A stretch of 64,000 nucleotides of DNA from Macrostomum lignano (GCA_002269645.1 NIVC01002977.1:62001-126000); one strand, 5' to 3'; shown: positions 37,441 through 51,000, numbered from the stretch's first letter. Made by a program: numbers and translations. The notes: generated from the sequence alone by a model not told the origin.

Positions 37441-39108
37441 ATCCGGACTATGGGGGAGGGCAGGGGGCAATTGCCCCCTCCCCTTAGGCTTAGGTGGAGA
37501 CCAGAAAAAATCAAAGGGGGAACCAAGTGAATTTTTGCCAAAAGCAGAGCCACCCTTCTGCCCCCTTTCCTAGGTCTTTACCCTCCAGAATCTGCCCTCC
37601 CCCTCAACAAATTTCTAGCTGCAGTATTGTATATAGTTTTTATATAATTTTTATACTTTCATACAATAAAATGAAATTCTAGATCTGCCACTGATCAGTA
37701 TATATTATTGCAGTATTGGTAGATGTTCAAATTTAGATTTTTTGTTAGTCTAATTCAAATATATATCCAACAATTTAATAAGATAGGTATCTTTTTGTGC
37801 TCAACCATATTTATTTTGTTCTGTATTTTTTCCAGGTTTTTCCAGTAATAATACTATGCTCTAGTTATAATGCATAATATGTTATATATTTTTGTACTAG
37901 GGGTTTTGTCTTGTCTTTACAATTCCACATTTGTCACTAAAGTTTTAATGGGACTTTTTTAATATAGTTTAAATTATAGCACATTTTGGGTAGTGTTTAA
38001 TGTATTATAGTAATGGCAATTTCCTAGATTTGCATGTTTAATTATTTTCTGTTTGAAATCACATGTTTACATGGTGCAGTTATGCTATAAAGTGATGTTG
38101 CACGTAGTCTATGGTCCTCATAGTCTATAGTCTATGGAATAAAGGTCTGAGGGTGATAAGAATGAAGGTGATGGCAAAGGGAAAGGATTTTGACACGCAC
38201 ATTGAAGAGTTTCTATGGTGCCAACTGTTTTGCAACCACACATTTGGCAACTTTCTGTATTGGGTACAACACTACTACAGTGTTTAATATCCCTTAATAC
38301 CATTTAAGAAACAAACTATTGACATTATAAACTTTTATTGACGTTTAACTATCAGTTCTTAACTTGTTCTGTTGCCCATTTGTTTTTGCACCATGTAAAG
38401 GCTCAATTTCAAATAGAAAATACAATATTTAATTAAACGTGCGAATCTAGGAAATTGCCGTAGTAATCTAATATGTTATGGTCTAAGCAGTCTTATATTT
38501 AAAACTAGTTAAGTTATTTTCTTAGCTATAAGTTGTTTATATTTCTTTATTAAGGCCTAGGTAAACATTTATTAGAAATCTTATATTTTATGCCAAATAA
38601 CCTTTCTCTAAGCTTTTTATTTCCTTTTCTTCATATACTACAATCATATTTTGCACTCCTTGTTTTTATATTGCCTTTTAATTTGAAAATTAAAATCCCA
38701 GATATTTCTGATTCTGATCCATTTAGGATTCTATAATCCCAAAATTTGCTTTAAAATTGTGATCTTTCCAGGATCCTAAGATTGACTTCCTTATTCTACT
38801 TTGCACAATGCTCTTTTCTTTTCCCTCACTCTGCCATTGATTGAGCCATCAAATTTGTAGCATTTTTCAGTGACAATTTATACAAGTTTGAATGTAGCAA
38901 TAGTATCGCTTGCTTGTTTTAGCTAAAATTCATTTAATTATTATTGTGTTTTTCTTTATTGGTCTATTTTGTTTTATCCTTTACTAGGCTATGGCTAGTT
39001 ATTTCTTTATTGCAAAATTGTTATATAAAGTTCCTTTATTTTCTTTCCTAGAACCAGTCTTCTTGGTTTCTCATATTCTACATGTAGTAAGCAAACATCC
39101 AGTGAAAA

Positions 39109-41273
39109 TAGGGAATATAATACTAGAATCCTAGGATCTTATAATCTTAGGATTAGTCCTAAATCCCAGGATCACACTTGTCTGGGATTTAAAAATCCTG
39201 GGATTGACCATTGGGATACCAATCCTGCTTTGCAATAATTCAATCAATAAACAATCATTCATTCTCGAGTATCTGTAGCTGAGCTGCTATTGGGTGAAAA
39301 TCATAACCCAGTTGTCCTGCTTTGATTTCTTAATCTTTAAAGCATGCAGGCTAGTGAGTAGAAGGCTACAGGGCTGCAGGGATACAAAACAGAAGCTGTT
39401 AGCAGGTCGTAAAGGTATTTAAGGTGTAATAATATAGATTATAGAACTACTTTAAGCAGTCCCTACCTTCAAAACTCCTTGGCCATAGTTGGGATTAGAA
39501 CAGTGGGACTAGGGAATACAAAATCCTGAGTTTTGCCAATCCTGGGATTCTTGGGATTGGGATATCCTGGACTTTGAAAATCCTGGGATTCTTGGGATTA
39601 GGATATCCCAGACTTTGAAAATCCCAGGATTCTTGGGATCAGGATATCCCGGACTTTGCCAATCCCAGGGTCCTGACAAATTGGGCTGGGATCCTAGGAT
39701 CCCAAGATTAAAAAAGTTTCAAATCATTGTTGTTGATGCAATTTTGGTTTACAAAGCCATCAATCTGATTTTAAAGGGCTTTCAGTAATAAAATAGAACA
39801 GAACAAAATATTTTGCTAGGCCTAACATGAAACTGACAGTGAGCTCTGAATTGGAGTGTGATGTACAGACTGGCATAGATGTACTTTTTTACATGCCAGT
39901 ATTAGCTCAGGAAAATCACACTTGATTGTGATGTAACCTAGGGAATGATAGCTTACAGAGCTATGGCCCGAGGTACTGATACCAGAGTAGAAGGGGATCA
40001 GACCTCACCCTCCCAGAGGCAACCTGTCCTAGCTTGGGTTGTGGTCCGATAGCAAAGTCCCACTGTTCTAATCCCAACTACGGCCAAAGGAGTTTTGAAG
40101 GTAGGGACTGCTTAAAGTACTATGTAGTTCTGCCACCGCTCCTATGCTGGGCATCTAAAAGGTGTCCTGACAGTGCTGAGAATGAGGTCTTTTGCATAGG
40201 GGGGGGGGGGGGGCTTCTGATCTGCGCAAGGTTGAGACCCACTGATTTTAGCTGGGTTTGAGATAGAGGGGGAGTTCCAATGAACAATGATTCGACTCCC
40301 GTCTGGCAAGCTATAGCGCTGCATGTGACCGGAAACAATGAGGAATTGGCTTCTATCGCTTTAGGCTCTGTGCACAGGTTTTAGAATAATAATAATTACA
40401 TTGGTCTGCGAGTAACATTCACACAATTGCATATATACATTGTTACACCGGAAATCTTCAATATGCCAATAGCTTTACAGTTTTGTATCCCTGCAGCCCG
40501 CCTGCATGTTTAAAAGATCAATAAATCAAAGCAGGCAAACTGGGTGATGATTTTCACTTGACAGTAGCTCAGCTGCAGATGCTAGTACTCGAGAATGAAT
40601 GATTGAATTATTGCAAACCGGAATTTTTGGATCCCGATGGTCAATCCCGGGATTTTCGAATCCCGGACAAGTATGATTCAGGCATAATCGAAATCCCTGG
40701 ATTCAGAATCCCGGGCTTTCGGGATCCCGGGATTGTATTCCCTACGTGGGACCTTGCTATTGGACCACAACACAAGCTACCGATTCTCCATCTAGGGCGG
40801 GTGCCCTGGGAGGGTGATGTCTGATCCCCTTCTACCCAGGTATCAGTACAACAGACCATAGCTCTGTAAGTTATCATTCCCCAGGTTACATCACAAATCA
40901 CAAGTGTGATTTTCCTGAGCTGATACTGACATGTAAAAAAGCACGTCTATTAATACGCCAGTCGCCACGCCGTACATCACACTCTAATTCAGAGCTCAGC
41001 TCACTGTCAGTGTCAGTTTCTTGTTTGCAGAATAGAATATTTTACTCTGTTTTACTTTTGTCATTGAAAGCCCTTTAAAATCAGATTAGATGGCTTCGTA
41101 AAACCAAAATTGCACCAACAAATATTATATTATAAACTTTTTCAATCCCAGGATTGGCAAATTCAGGGATATCCCTACCCTATCCCGAGAATCCCGGGAT
41201 TTTCAAAGCCCAGGTCGGGACATCCCGATCCCGTGAATCTCGGGATTGGCAAAACTCTGGATTTTATTCTCTA
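39109..41273. mobile_element. Composite of two long inverted-repeat pairs with TAG(G/A)GAATA termini (hAT-like/foldback)
   Basis: Block A (39109-~39400) is inverted at ~40470-40744. Block B (39510-~40065) is inverted at ~40745-41273. Both carry ATCCC(A/G)GGAT subterminal repeats. Confidence 0.7.
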
Positions 41274-43555
41274 GTGAGAAATGTTCTTTGCATATCACTA
41301 ACTTTGGCTATTATTTTAATTCTATGATAATCCAGGTTAATCCAAGCTAAATCCAGGTTGCAAAGCGAGCATATGGCATCTGGTTTTCGGAGTGCATTTT
41401 ACCGGCTGGGGAGGCAAAAGACACGCATAGTTCTCCTTTTCCTCTATCGCCTGCGTCACCCCAAGGCCTGTCTTTCCTTTATCCTGCCTGCCCTCCTCAG
41501 TCCCGCTGTCTGACTCACGCGACATGCCCGGCTCACACGGTCCACACACACAACAAACACGCAATGCACGAGGCCTCCCTTCGCTCCATACCAGTCTGCC
41601 ACGGCGCTCAATAAAATCTGCGTGCCCCGGCCTGGGTCTGGCGCGGCGGGGGGTGGCGGCCTCCCTCCCCCATCCAAACCCCCTGCCCAGCCAGCCAGCA
41701 CCCCGGGCCTTCTGCCCACCCCACTCCGCCTCCTTTTCACATTAAAACCAACGCCTCTCTGCCCAACTGCTCTCCTGCCTTCCTCCCGTCTTCTCAACTT
41801 GCAGTTCAGCAAGCCAGCGCCCCGACTCTGGGCGGGCCGGTAAGTCAGACTTGTATGAATGCATGCATACATATTGTCCTGTTAGTGCTGGCCACAATCC
41901 TTGCCATCTTTCCGCTCCGCTTGTGTGGCCCCACCCAAGCAGTGTGCTCCATGCTGTGCTCATGCTCACCCTCCGATCTGCGGCGTCTTACCTGGCATTA
42001 TTGGAGCTCTGTAAGCCAATTCTGTCTAATACTGTCAGGTAATGATGTCTAGCGGAGGAGCGATCGCCGGTTGCCCCTCTCCCCACATGTTCAAAATTTT
42101 GCTTTTTGAGACAGTGTGAAATAGTGAAAAATGCAATAAAGTGAATTAAACAGAGCATCAGTATGATATTTTTGCCTATTTTGTCTTTCCGTGTTTTTTC
42201 GTGCATTTGAGCTGATTCTGCTTGAACTTGTTTTCGTGTAGTAAGAGTAGGTAAAGGTAGGCAGCAAAAGACTTAGTTAATAGTCAATAGCAAAATAGTT
42301 CTGATCTTTTCATCTGTATTAGACAAACAGGCCATTAATTAAACTTTAGTTAAACTAAATGAGTAGTTTTTTAACATCGTTGTTTCTAGTTTTTAAGAAT
42401 GGCATATTTCATTCGTTTGACGGCCGGATAATATTAATATTAACAGTTTCCTCAAATCCAGCCCAATAAATTTTCTAAGAAACGACTCCAGCTCATTTTC
42501 TCAACCGTCTGATTTGCGTGACTCAGACGCTGTCCGCAATATTTTTTCTTTGTCGTGTCTAGCTCCGGCTCGAGTTTCTGGTTCCGCGATTGTTGCTAGA
42601 CGCGGTGAGAGAGACCCGATAATGGGGTGGGTTGGGCGCCTTGTTCTGCTGCTTGTTGAGACGAGTAACGAGTTGATGAGGCAGACCCGCAGACTCCTGC
42701 CCTGTCGCACCGCGTGCTCCAGCTGGAAATTGGAAATTTTGAGTCAACCAACCTGCACCCCAGGCCGCGGGGGGACTCGGGCTGCTTAAAAGGCAGAATT
42801 AATTGAGTGACCGCGCGCCCCAGCCGGTCAATTCGGTCAACTCCGCTCTGAACAATGGCCATGCCCACCAGTTGCGCAACTGGTTTTTATTATTAGCCAG
42901 GATTCCCTGGACTCCAGCTTTCCTGTTGCCAACCAAGTCCCCTCTCGCTGTGTACCTCCGTCTCTGAGTGCCCGCTGGCTGGCACCTGGAAACTGCAGTG
43001 CGATATGAGGCCCCAGCAACTCGGGGCTCGCAGTCTCCGGGCCCCGGCATCAGTTCTATTGATAGAAAATAAAAATCCTCTGGAATGCGGGCTGCCTGAG
43101 TTCCTATGGCAGCTCGCTCTGCCCTTTTGGTTGCCGGGTGCTCACAGTCGCGGATGAGCAGCTGGCCCGGCCGGTCCTCACTTGCTCTGCCCCGCCTCCG
43201 CTGCCGGGCCAGTGTTGCCATGGCAATTAGCCTGACAAGCAAGCGGACTACTCAAAAAACTACAGTTTATGTCACCTTTCATTCCGGCTCATGGGGGTGG
43301 AGCTTCATCTGTCTGCCTGCCTCTGGCTGAGCTAATTGGGACCGCGCTCAGTGCTAATGAGTGATTTCCCGATCGATTATCGATTAGTGTCCACATTGAG
43401 CGCATTGTTGTATTCATGATTATCGGGGAAAACGGTCTTCAATTGCATGAGTTGCCTTGCCATCCAGCAGTCTCTAGGCACCAGATTAAGGTCAGGCGCT
43501 GCATCGTCAGACAGCTTCAAAAAGAATTTCATCGTCAGTGAAAGCCACTTTATGC

Positions 43556-44585
43556 GCTGGCTGGCAGCTATCTCACCTGACAGCTATCTCACCTGGCAGC
43601 TATCTCGCGTGGCAGCTATCTCACCTGACAGCTATCTCACCTGGCAGCTATCTCGCGTGGCAGCTATCTCACGTGGCAGCTATCTCACGTGGCAGCTATC
43701 TCACGTGGTAATTAATCTCACGTGCCAGCTATCTCACCTGGTAATTAATCTCACCTGGCAGCTATCTCACCTGGTAATTAATCTCACCTGGCAGCTATCT
43801 CACCTGGCAATTAATCTCACCTGGCAGCCATCTCACCTGGCAATTTATTTCACCTGGCAGCTATCTCACCTGGCAGCTATCTCACCTGGCAGCTATCTCA
43901 CCTGGTAATTAATCTCACCTGGCAGCTATCTCACCTGGCAATTAATCTCACCTGGCAGCCATCTCACCTGGCAATTTATTTCACCTGGCAGCTATCTCAC
44001 CTGGCAGCTATCTCACCTGGCAGCTATCTCACCTGGTAATTAATCTCACCAGGCAGCTATCTCACCTGGTAATTAATCTCACCTGGCAGCTATCTCACCT
44101 GGCAGCTATCTCACCTGGCAGCTATCTCACCTGGCAGCTATCTCACCTGGTAATTAATCTCACCAGGCAGCTATCTCACCTGGTAATTAATCTCACCTGG
44201 CAGCTATCTTATAACTGGTAATTAATCTCACCTGGCAGCTATCTTATATCTGGTAATTAATCTCACCTGGCAGCTATCTCACCAGGTAAGTAATCTCACC
44301 TGGCAGCTATCTCACCTGGCAATTAATCTCACCTGGCAGCCATCTCACCTGGCAATTTATTTCACCTGGCAGCTATCTCACCTGGTAGTTAATCTCACCA
44401 GGCAGCTATCTCACCTGGTAATTAATCTCACCTGGCAGCTATCTCACCTGGTAATTAATCTCACCTGGCAGCTATCTTATACCTGGTAATTAATCTCACC
44501 TGGCAGCTATCTTATACCTGGTAATTAATCTCACCTGGCAGCTATCTTATACCTGGTAATTAATCTCACCTGGCAGCTATCTTTT
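43556..44585. repeat. 16/17-bp compound minisatellite
   Basis: Interspersed units ATCTCACCTGGCAGCT and ATCTCACCTGGTAATTA, about 60 units. Confidence 0.95.
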
Positions 44586-45699
44586 CTCCCTGTCCTCTTC
44601 CTGGGTGAAGAATATTCCTTCTACATTCTAGGACCCCTTAAATTTCTATTGTGATTGATCTTGCAGCAGACTGCAGTCTCCCGAGGAGGGGCTGGGTGTC
44701 TCCAGGGCAGCCTCTTAGGCTCACAATAGATTTGCCAGGTACGAGTTTAGCAACTCTCTGACAATTGTCCGGCCAGGGCAACTCAACACATGAAGTGGGT
44801 AGTGATGTGGGCTCCGCCTCGCTCTTCTCCGCAGGGGCCGCCACCCCCGCCGCGGGACAATGAGTGGCTACAGGAGGGCGACGCGGCGAAGGAGACGGCA
44901 GGGGTCCAGCTGTAGCGGGTCAGCCCAGGACAGGCCTGAGTGGGGCAGCTCTGGGCCTCTCCAACACCCCAAATGGGGCGATGAGCGCTCAGAGTGAGCG
45001 ATGCCACCCATGCTGCGAGCTGCCAAGCCGCACAGGGCAGGCTCGCCCTTATTATTGACTCACAGCTGCTCACAGCTGCCGCAGGCGGAGTTGGGGCGGG
45101 TGCGGCAGCGAGACGCCCTGCGGTGCAGCGGCGTCGGCCGTCGCCGTGACGACAGAAATTTCATTTTCTCAGGCCAAGCTGTGAGCCACAGGAGCAGCAG
45201 GCAGCTCTCACACCGCTCCTCAGTCCTGCCTTCCCCAGTGTTTGCCGTGTCGTGAGAAGGTTTGAAATTTTGCACTGCAGGAATTTGCGCTGTCTCGCCT
45301 GAGCAGATTAAAGCAGCTGATTCTTTGCTATAAGCAAATTTGAAAAACATTTCACCTGCTGTTGATGCGGCAGCTTTTATGCAGTTTTTTCGTGGGGAAT
45401 GCTGCTTCAGGAGCTACAGATAAATGTCTGTTAAATAACTCCTGAGCACTAGCTCCTTGTGCGTCTAGTCCCTTGTTGGCTATCTGGTTGTGTGCCGGTC
45501 GGGTGTCTGAGCTTCTGTCAACAAAAAAATTCGGCTTTGTCTGAACCGCTTGCAGCATGGCTCTGCCCACAGCTGCAACTTCTTTTCATCTCAGTAGCAG
45601 ATTTAGCAGATTCCCTTGTCGTCGGTCCCGGGAGCGAAGCTGCACGGTCTGGGTTGGCTTCTGTAAGGGGAATTTTCCGTTTTTCATGGGGCGGATTCT

Positions 45700-46440
45700 G
45701 CTTTTATGGGGCGGATTCTGTTATCCAAGGAGCGGATTCTGTTATCAAAGGAGTGGATTCTGTTATCAAAGGAGCGGATTCTTTTATCGAAGAAGCGGAT
45801 TCTGTTATCGAAGGAGCGGATTCTATTATCAAAGGAGCGGATTCTGTTATTCAAGGAGCGGATTCTTTTATCGAAGAAGCGGATTCTATTATCAAAGGAG
45901 CGGATTCCGTTATTCAAGGAGCGGATTCTGTTATTCAAGGAGCGGATTCTGTTATTCAAGGAGCAGATTCTGTTATCAAAGGAGCGGATTCTGTTGTCAA
46001 AGGAGCGGATTCTGTTATTCAAGGAGCGGATTCTGTTATTCAAGGAGCGGATTCTGTTATTCAAGGAGCGGATTCTGTTATTCAAGGAGCGGATTCTGTT
46101 ATTCAAGGAGCGGATTCTGTTATTCAAGGAGCGGATTCTGTTATGCAAGGAGCGGATTCTGTCATCAAAGGAGCGGATTCTGTTATCGAAGAAATGGATT
46201 CTGTTATCAAAGGAGCGGATTCTGTTATTCAAGGAGCGGATTCTGTTATTCAAGGAGCGGATTCTGTTATCAAAGGAGCGGATTCTGTTATTCAAAGAGC
46301 GGATTCTGTTATTCAAGGAGCGGATTCTGTTATTCAAGGAGCGGATTCTGTTCTTCAAGGAGCGGATTCTGTTATTCAAGGAGCGGATTCTGTTATTCAA
46401 GGAGCGGATTCTGTTATTCAAGGAGCGGATTCTGTTATTG
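45700..46440. repeat. 21-bp minisatellite
   Basis: About 35 copies of GGAGCGGATTCTGTTATTCAA. Confidence 0.95.
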
Positions 46441-48111
46441 ATGCAAACGCGTTAACCGCGTGCCTGGCTTGAGAATGTGGGGTGCTCAGCCCAGGTCACT
46501 CAGTCTGAGTTCGAGAATGAAGCTCAGGTGTTGGAGAAAGTCAAGCTGGCAGCTGTGATTTCAACCCGGCCAGTTCGAAGTTGGGAAGAGGCAGACGGGA
46601 GAACTGCAAGCAGGTGGTTCTCCCTCCGCCTCTGCAGGCTTGGAGGAGATCTCAGCTGCGAAGTGCCTGTCTGTCTGTCACTTTCCCAGAGGCTCGGCTG
46701 TCTCCCAAGTCAGCCTGCAGTTGAAATCCCAGCAAGGGGCCAACACGTGCGAGACCAGGGCAGGCCACTCGGCTCCCTGCCTCGCGCTTCGGCTCCCTGA
46801 TTTCAAGCCAAGCCAAGGCAAGCCAAGGTGTCAGCGCCTGCGCTGGAGTGCCAGTCGGGGGGCAGGGGAAGTGAGCACTCCCCCCGGCTGCAGTGGGCGC
46901 TGCTTAGGCAAAAAACATGCGGCCACGACCCTCCCCGGGTACTTGACTTCCTTAGCAACCCGCGGCAGGCCTCCGGCAATCGATTCGCTGGATCCCGCAT
47001 TTCTGCTTCCTAATCAGCTGAGCAGCCCCTCCAGCGGAAATCTCCTCTCTTCTCTCCCTTACCTTTTTTACGGCGGCGTGTCCGCCTTGCCCACCACACC
47101 TTGGCGCAAATCCCAGCCCTGGCAGCCGCGGTTTCTCCTGCAATCTGCGCGCCCCATGGAATGTCGCCGCTGCCCCCCTCTCCCCTCCCCGCCCTCCTTC
47201 ATTCTCAATTTTTTCTTGCAATTTTTTGTCCTCGCCTGGCTCGCCTTTTCTTCTCCCTGCCGGCCCCGGGGCTGCCGGGCCACAATGGCCCGCGGGCGGA
47301 AGGCAGGCGGCAGCAGCTGGCGGCCGCCCCAACCCAGCTGTCCCAGAGCCCGCATGGCTGGGCCGCCCACTCAGCTAAACTTTTCTGCAGCAGCATTGCC
47401 AGTGAATTGGAGGCTGCTGCAGCTTCATCGCCTCTCACTGCCAGCATCTCAATTGTCTGCCGGCTGTGAGGGCTGCAGCCGCCCAGCTCCGCGCAAAGAA
47501 TGGGGGAGCAGCACAACATGGGGCCGTGGGAGATGACGAGTGAATAGGAACGCTAGGTAGTAGATGAGGCACGGAGGCTGCAAGGGCGCTTTCCTTCCCA
47601 GCAGGCGGCCGCACCGCACTCCCCACTTCCCCTCCGTCCTCAGCTCCTCATCTTCATCCCTTTTGTGATGCTGGAACTGAGAAGCTGCCGTGTGCGGCTG
47701 CCAGGAAGCGAAATAATGGGCAGTTGGGGAGGGGAGGATAGAGAAAGGGGTGCGGGGAGAATCGAGGAGAAACGGCGCAGCCTCCTGTTGCATGATTGAT
47801 GAGGCGGCTCAGCAGACTTGCCTCATCAATTTTTTACAGCCGGCAGTTGCAGGTCGCGTCTCTTGCGGCCCGGCCAGCTTCCTCGGCCCCACGGCCCGCC
47901 TGCCCCGGCGCTCCTTTGTTTAGTCGCGTCGCCGGGAACAATGGGCAGCTGAGAGCCCTCGGCGGGCGGCTTCGCGGAGTTGTCAATCCTTCTCTTCATT
48001 GTGTGGTTCAATGTTTTTGGCATACTACTGCTGAGAGAAAATCAGTAGTGTAGCTTGAATATTCACTCTGTAGTGGTAGTCTGAGAGGCAGGCAGATGAT
48101 GGATGGAGGAG

Positions 48112-49235
48112 AAGGGGACACAAGCTGAATGGACAGGCACAGGGGACACAAGCTGAATGGACAGGCACAGGGGGAACACAAGCTGAATGGACAGGCACAG
48201 GGGGAACACAAGCTGAATGGACAGGCACAGGGGACACAAGCTGAATGGACAGGCACAGGGGGAACACAAGCTGAATGGACAGGCACAGGGGACACAAGCT
48301 GAATGGACAGGCACAGAGGACACAAGCTGAATGGACAGGCACAGAGGGGACACAAGCTGAAAGGACAGGCACAGGGGGAGACAAGCTGAATGGACAGGCA
48401 CAGGGGACACAAGCTGAATGGACAGGCACAGAGGGGACACAAGCTGAATGGACAGGCACAGGGGGAGACAAGCTGAATGGACAGGCACAGAAGGGGACAC
48501 AAGCTGAATGGACAGGCACAGAAGGGGACACAAGCTGAATGGACAGGCACAGAGAGGACACAGGCTGAAAGGACAGGCACAGGGGACACAAGCTGAATGG
48601 ACAGGCACAGGGGACACAAGCTGAATGGACAGGCACAGGGGACACAAGCTGAATGGACAGGCACAGGGGGAACACAAGCTGAATGGACAGGCACAGGGGA
48701 CACAAGCTGAATGGACAGGCACAGAGGGGACACAAGCTGAATGGACAGGCACAGGGGGAGACAAGCTGAATGGACAGGCACAGAGAGGACACAAGCTGAA
48801 TGGACAGGCACAGAGAGGACACAAGCTGAATGGACAGGCACAGAGAGGACACAAGCTGAATGGACAGGCACAGGGGGAGACAAGCTGAATGGACAGGCAC
48901 AGGGAACACAAGCTGAATGGACAGGCACAGAGGACACAAGCTGAATGGACAGGCACAGAGGACACAAGCTGAATGGACAGGTACAGAGGGGACACAAGCT
49001 GAATGGACAGGCACAGAAGGGGACACAAGCTGAATGGACAGGCACAGAAGGGGACACAAGCTGAATGGACAGGCACAGAAGGGGACACAAGCTGAATGGA
49101 CAGGCACAGAGAGGACACAGGCTGAAAGGACAGGCACAGGGGACACAAGCTGAATGGACAGGCACAGGGGACACAAGCTGAATGGACAGGCACAGGGGAC
49201 ACAAGCTGGGTGGGCACAGGGCACAGGGGACACAA
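48112..49235. repeat. 29-32-bp minisatellite
   Basis: About 37 copies of GGACACAAGCTGAATGGACAGGCACAG plus a variable purine spacer. Confidence 0.95.
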
Positions 49236-49488
49236 ACTGAGTGGCACAGGTGCCATGAGTGTTCAAGCCTGACTGGGTATCGCACAGATAATTTTTGGTA
49301 ACAAATCGTTCAAATGTAAACATTGCTGCCACCCCTGACTTTATCTAAGCAGCCACAGGGCCACAGGCCACATGCGGATGCAGGCAGCTTGGCACAAGCT
49401 ACATCTATATGTATTGGCGCGGGGCCAGCCCAGCTTATTGCTATGCTAGAAACTTTCTGCCACCTGTCAGTGCAGTCGCTCGGTCCAA

Positions 49489-49499
49489 ATGCATCTTCT
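49489..49499 (+). CDS. RNASET2: RNase T2, putative exon 1 (start of signal peptide)
   Basis: ATG CAT CTT CT|GTAAGT is a strong phase-2 donor. Joined to the phase-2 acceptor at 50836 it gives MHLLSFVGLITLASLCCLGAA, a typical signal peptide. Exon 2 has no in-frame ATG of its own. Confidence 0.55.
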
Positions 49500-49669
49500 G
49501 TAAGTTTTTCCAAGAGGGACTTTTGCTTTATTATCGCTACTCCAGTGAGCCAAAAATACAGCGCCATTATCGATTAGCATTACGTCAGTGTATTTATAGC
49601 TTAGCTTTTGGGATGAAGTCCCACTTGCCAAAGGAATCCCATTCGGAGTCAACTTTGGTAGAAAGATGG

Positions 49670-50725
49670 GAGACAGGTGGACTGAGAGGGAGACAGGTGG
49701 ACTGAGACGGATACAGGTGGACTGAGACGGATACAGGTGGACTGAGACGGATACAGGTGGACTGAGAGGGAGACAGGTGGACTGAGAGGGAGACAGGTGG
49801 ACTGAGACGGATACAGGTGGACTGAGAAGGAGACAGGTGGACTGAGACGGATACAGGTGGACTGAGAGGGAGACAGGTGGACTGAGAGGGAGACAGGTGG
49901 ACTGAGAGGGAGACAGGTGGACTGAGACGGATACAGGTGGACTGAGAGGGAGACAGGTGGACTGAGACGGATACAGGTGGACTGAGAGGGAGACAGGTGG
50001 ACTGAGACGGATACAGGTGGACTGAGAGGGAGACAGGTGGACTGAGACGGATACAGGTGGACTGAGAGGGAGACAGGTGGACTGAGAGGGAGACAGGTGG
50101 ACTGAGACGGATACAGGTGGACTGAGAGGGAGACAGGTGGACTGAGAGGGAGACAGGTGGACTGAGACGGATACAGGTGGACTGAGAGGGAGACAGGTGG
50201 ACTGAGAGGGAGACAGGTGGACTGAGACGGATACAGGTGGACTGAGAGGGAGACAGGTGGACTGAGAGGGAGACAGGTGGACTGAGACGGATACAGGTGG
50301 ACTGAGAGGGAGACAGGTGGACTGAGACGGATACAGGTGGACTGAGACGGATACAGGTGGACTGAGAGGGAGACAGGTGGACTGAGAGGGAGACAGGTGG
50401 ACTGAGAGGGAGACAGGTGGACTGAGACGGATACAGGTGGACTGAGAGGGAGACAGGTGGACTGAGAGGGAGACAGGTGGACTGAGACGGATACAGGTGG
50501 ACTGAGAGGGAGACAGGTGGACTGAGAGGGAGACAGGTGGACTGAGACGGATACAGGTGGACTGAGAGGGAGACAGGTGGACTGAGAGGGAGACAGGTGG
50601 ACTGAGACGGATACAGGTGGACTGAGAGGGAGACAGGTGGACTGAGAGGGAGACAGGTGGACTGAGACGGATACAGGTGGACTGAGAGGGAGACAGGTGA
50701 CTCAGACGGATACAGGTGGACTGAG
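49670..50725. repeat. 20-bp minisatellite in RNase T2 intron 1
   Basis: About 52 units of two variants, GACAGGTGGACTGAGAGGGA and TACAGGTGGACTGAGACGGA. Confidence 0.97.
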
Positions 50726-50836
50726 AGAAAGGCCGGTACGCAGATTTCTGATTTACCTTGATTTCAAAGCCAAGTTTTCAATTTTTAGCTGACTCGAACT
50801 TGGAACTTAAATTCCATATCGCCGCTTGAATTCCAG

Positions 50837-50960
50837 CAGCTTTGTAGGCCTCATCACCCTGGCCAGCCTCTGCTGCCTCGGGGCGGCCCGAGACAAGTCG
50901 GAGTTTGACTTCATCCTGCTCACCAGAGAGTGGCCCTTCTCCTTCTGCTCGGTGACCTCG
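50837..50960 (+). CDS. RNASET2: RNase T2, exon 2
   Basis: Encodes the hydrophobic signal core, then EFDFILLTREWPFSFC, matching the RNase T2 N-terminal F/W-D-F..WPxxxC motif. Phase-0 donor candidates at 50952, 50961 and 50973; the exact one is uncertain. Confidence 0.7.
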
Positions 50961-51000
50961 GTCTGTGCTGCGGTCTCTGGTTGACTGGGGATTCAAGGAT

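Noticed and set aside
45459-46472. Four long repetitive ORFs (GADSVIQ, RSGFCYS, NNRIRSL, KERILLF)
   Set aside because: A 21-bp unit is open in several frames on both strands simultaneously; no unique coding flanks or splice support.
48008-49332. Cys-rich 400-aa minus-strand ORFs (keratin-associated/metallothionein-like look)
   Set aside because: All three minus frames are open because the array lacks stops; a satellite translation artefact.
49323-49577. ICIGAGPAQL as a Rossmann/FMO-like GxGxxG motif
   Set aside because: The third Gly is missing, no further FMO motifs follow, and the nearby GTAAGT donor is better explained by the RNase T2 ATG mini-exon in another frame.
49666-49682. Alternative RNase T2 first exon ATG GGA GAC AG|GTGGAC at the start of the 20-bp array
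   Set aside because: The phase fits, but the donor is weak and the 49489 exon gives a consensus donor and a better signal peptide; not fully excluded.
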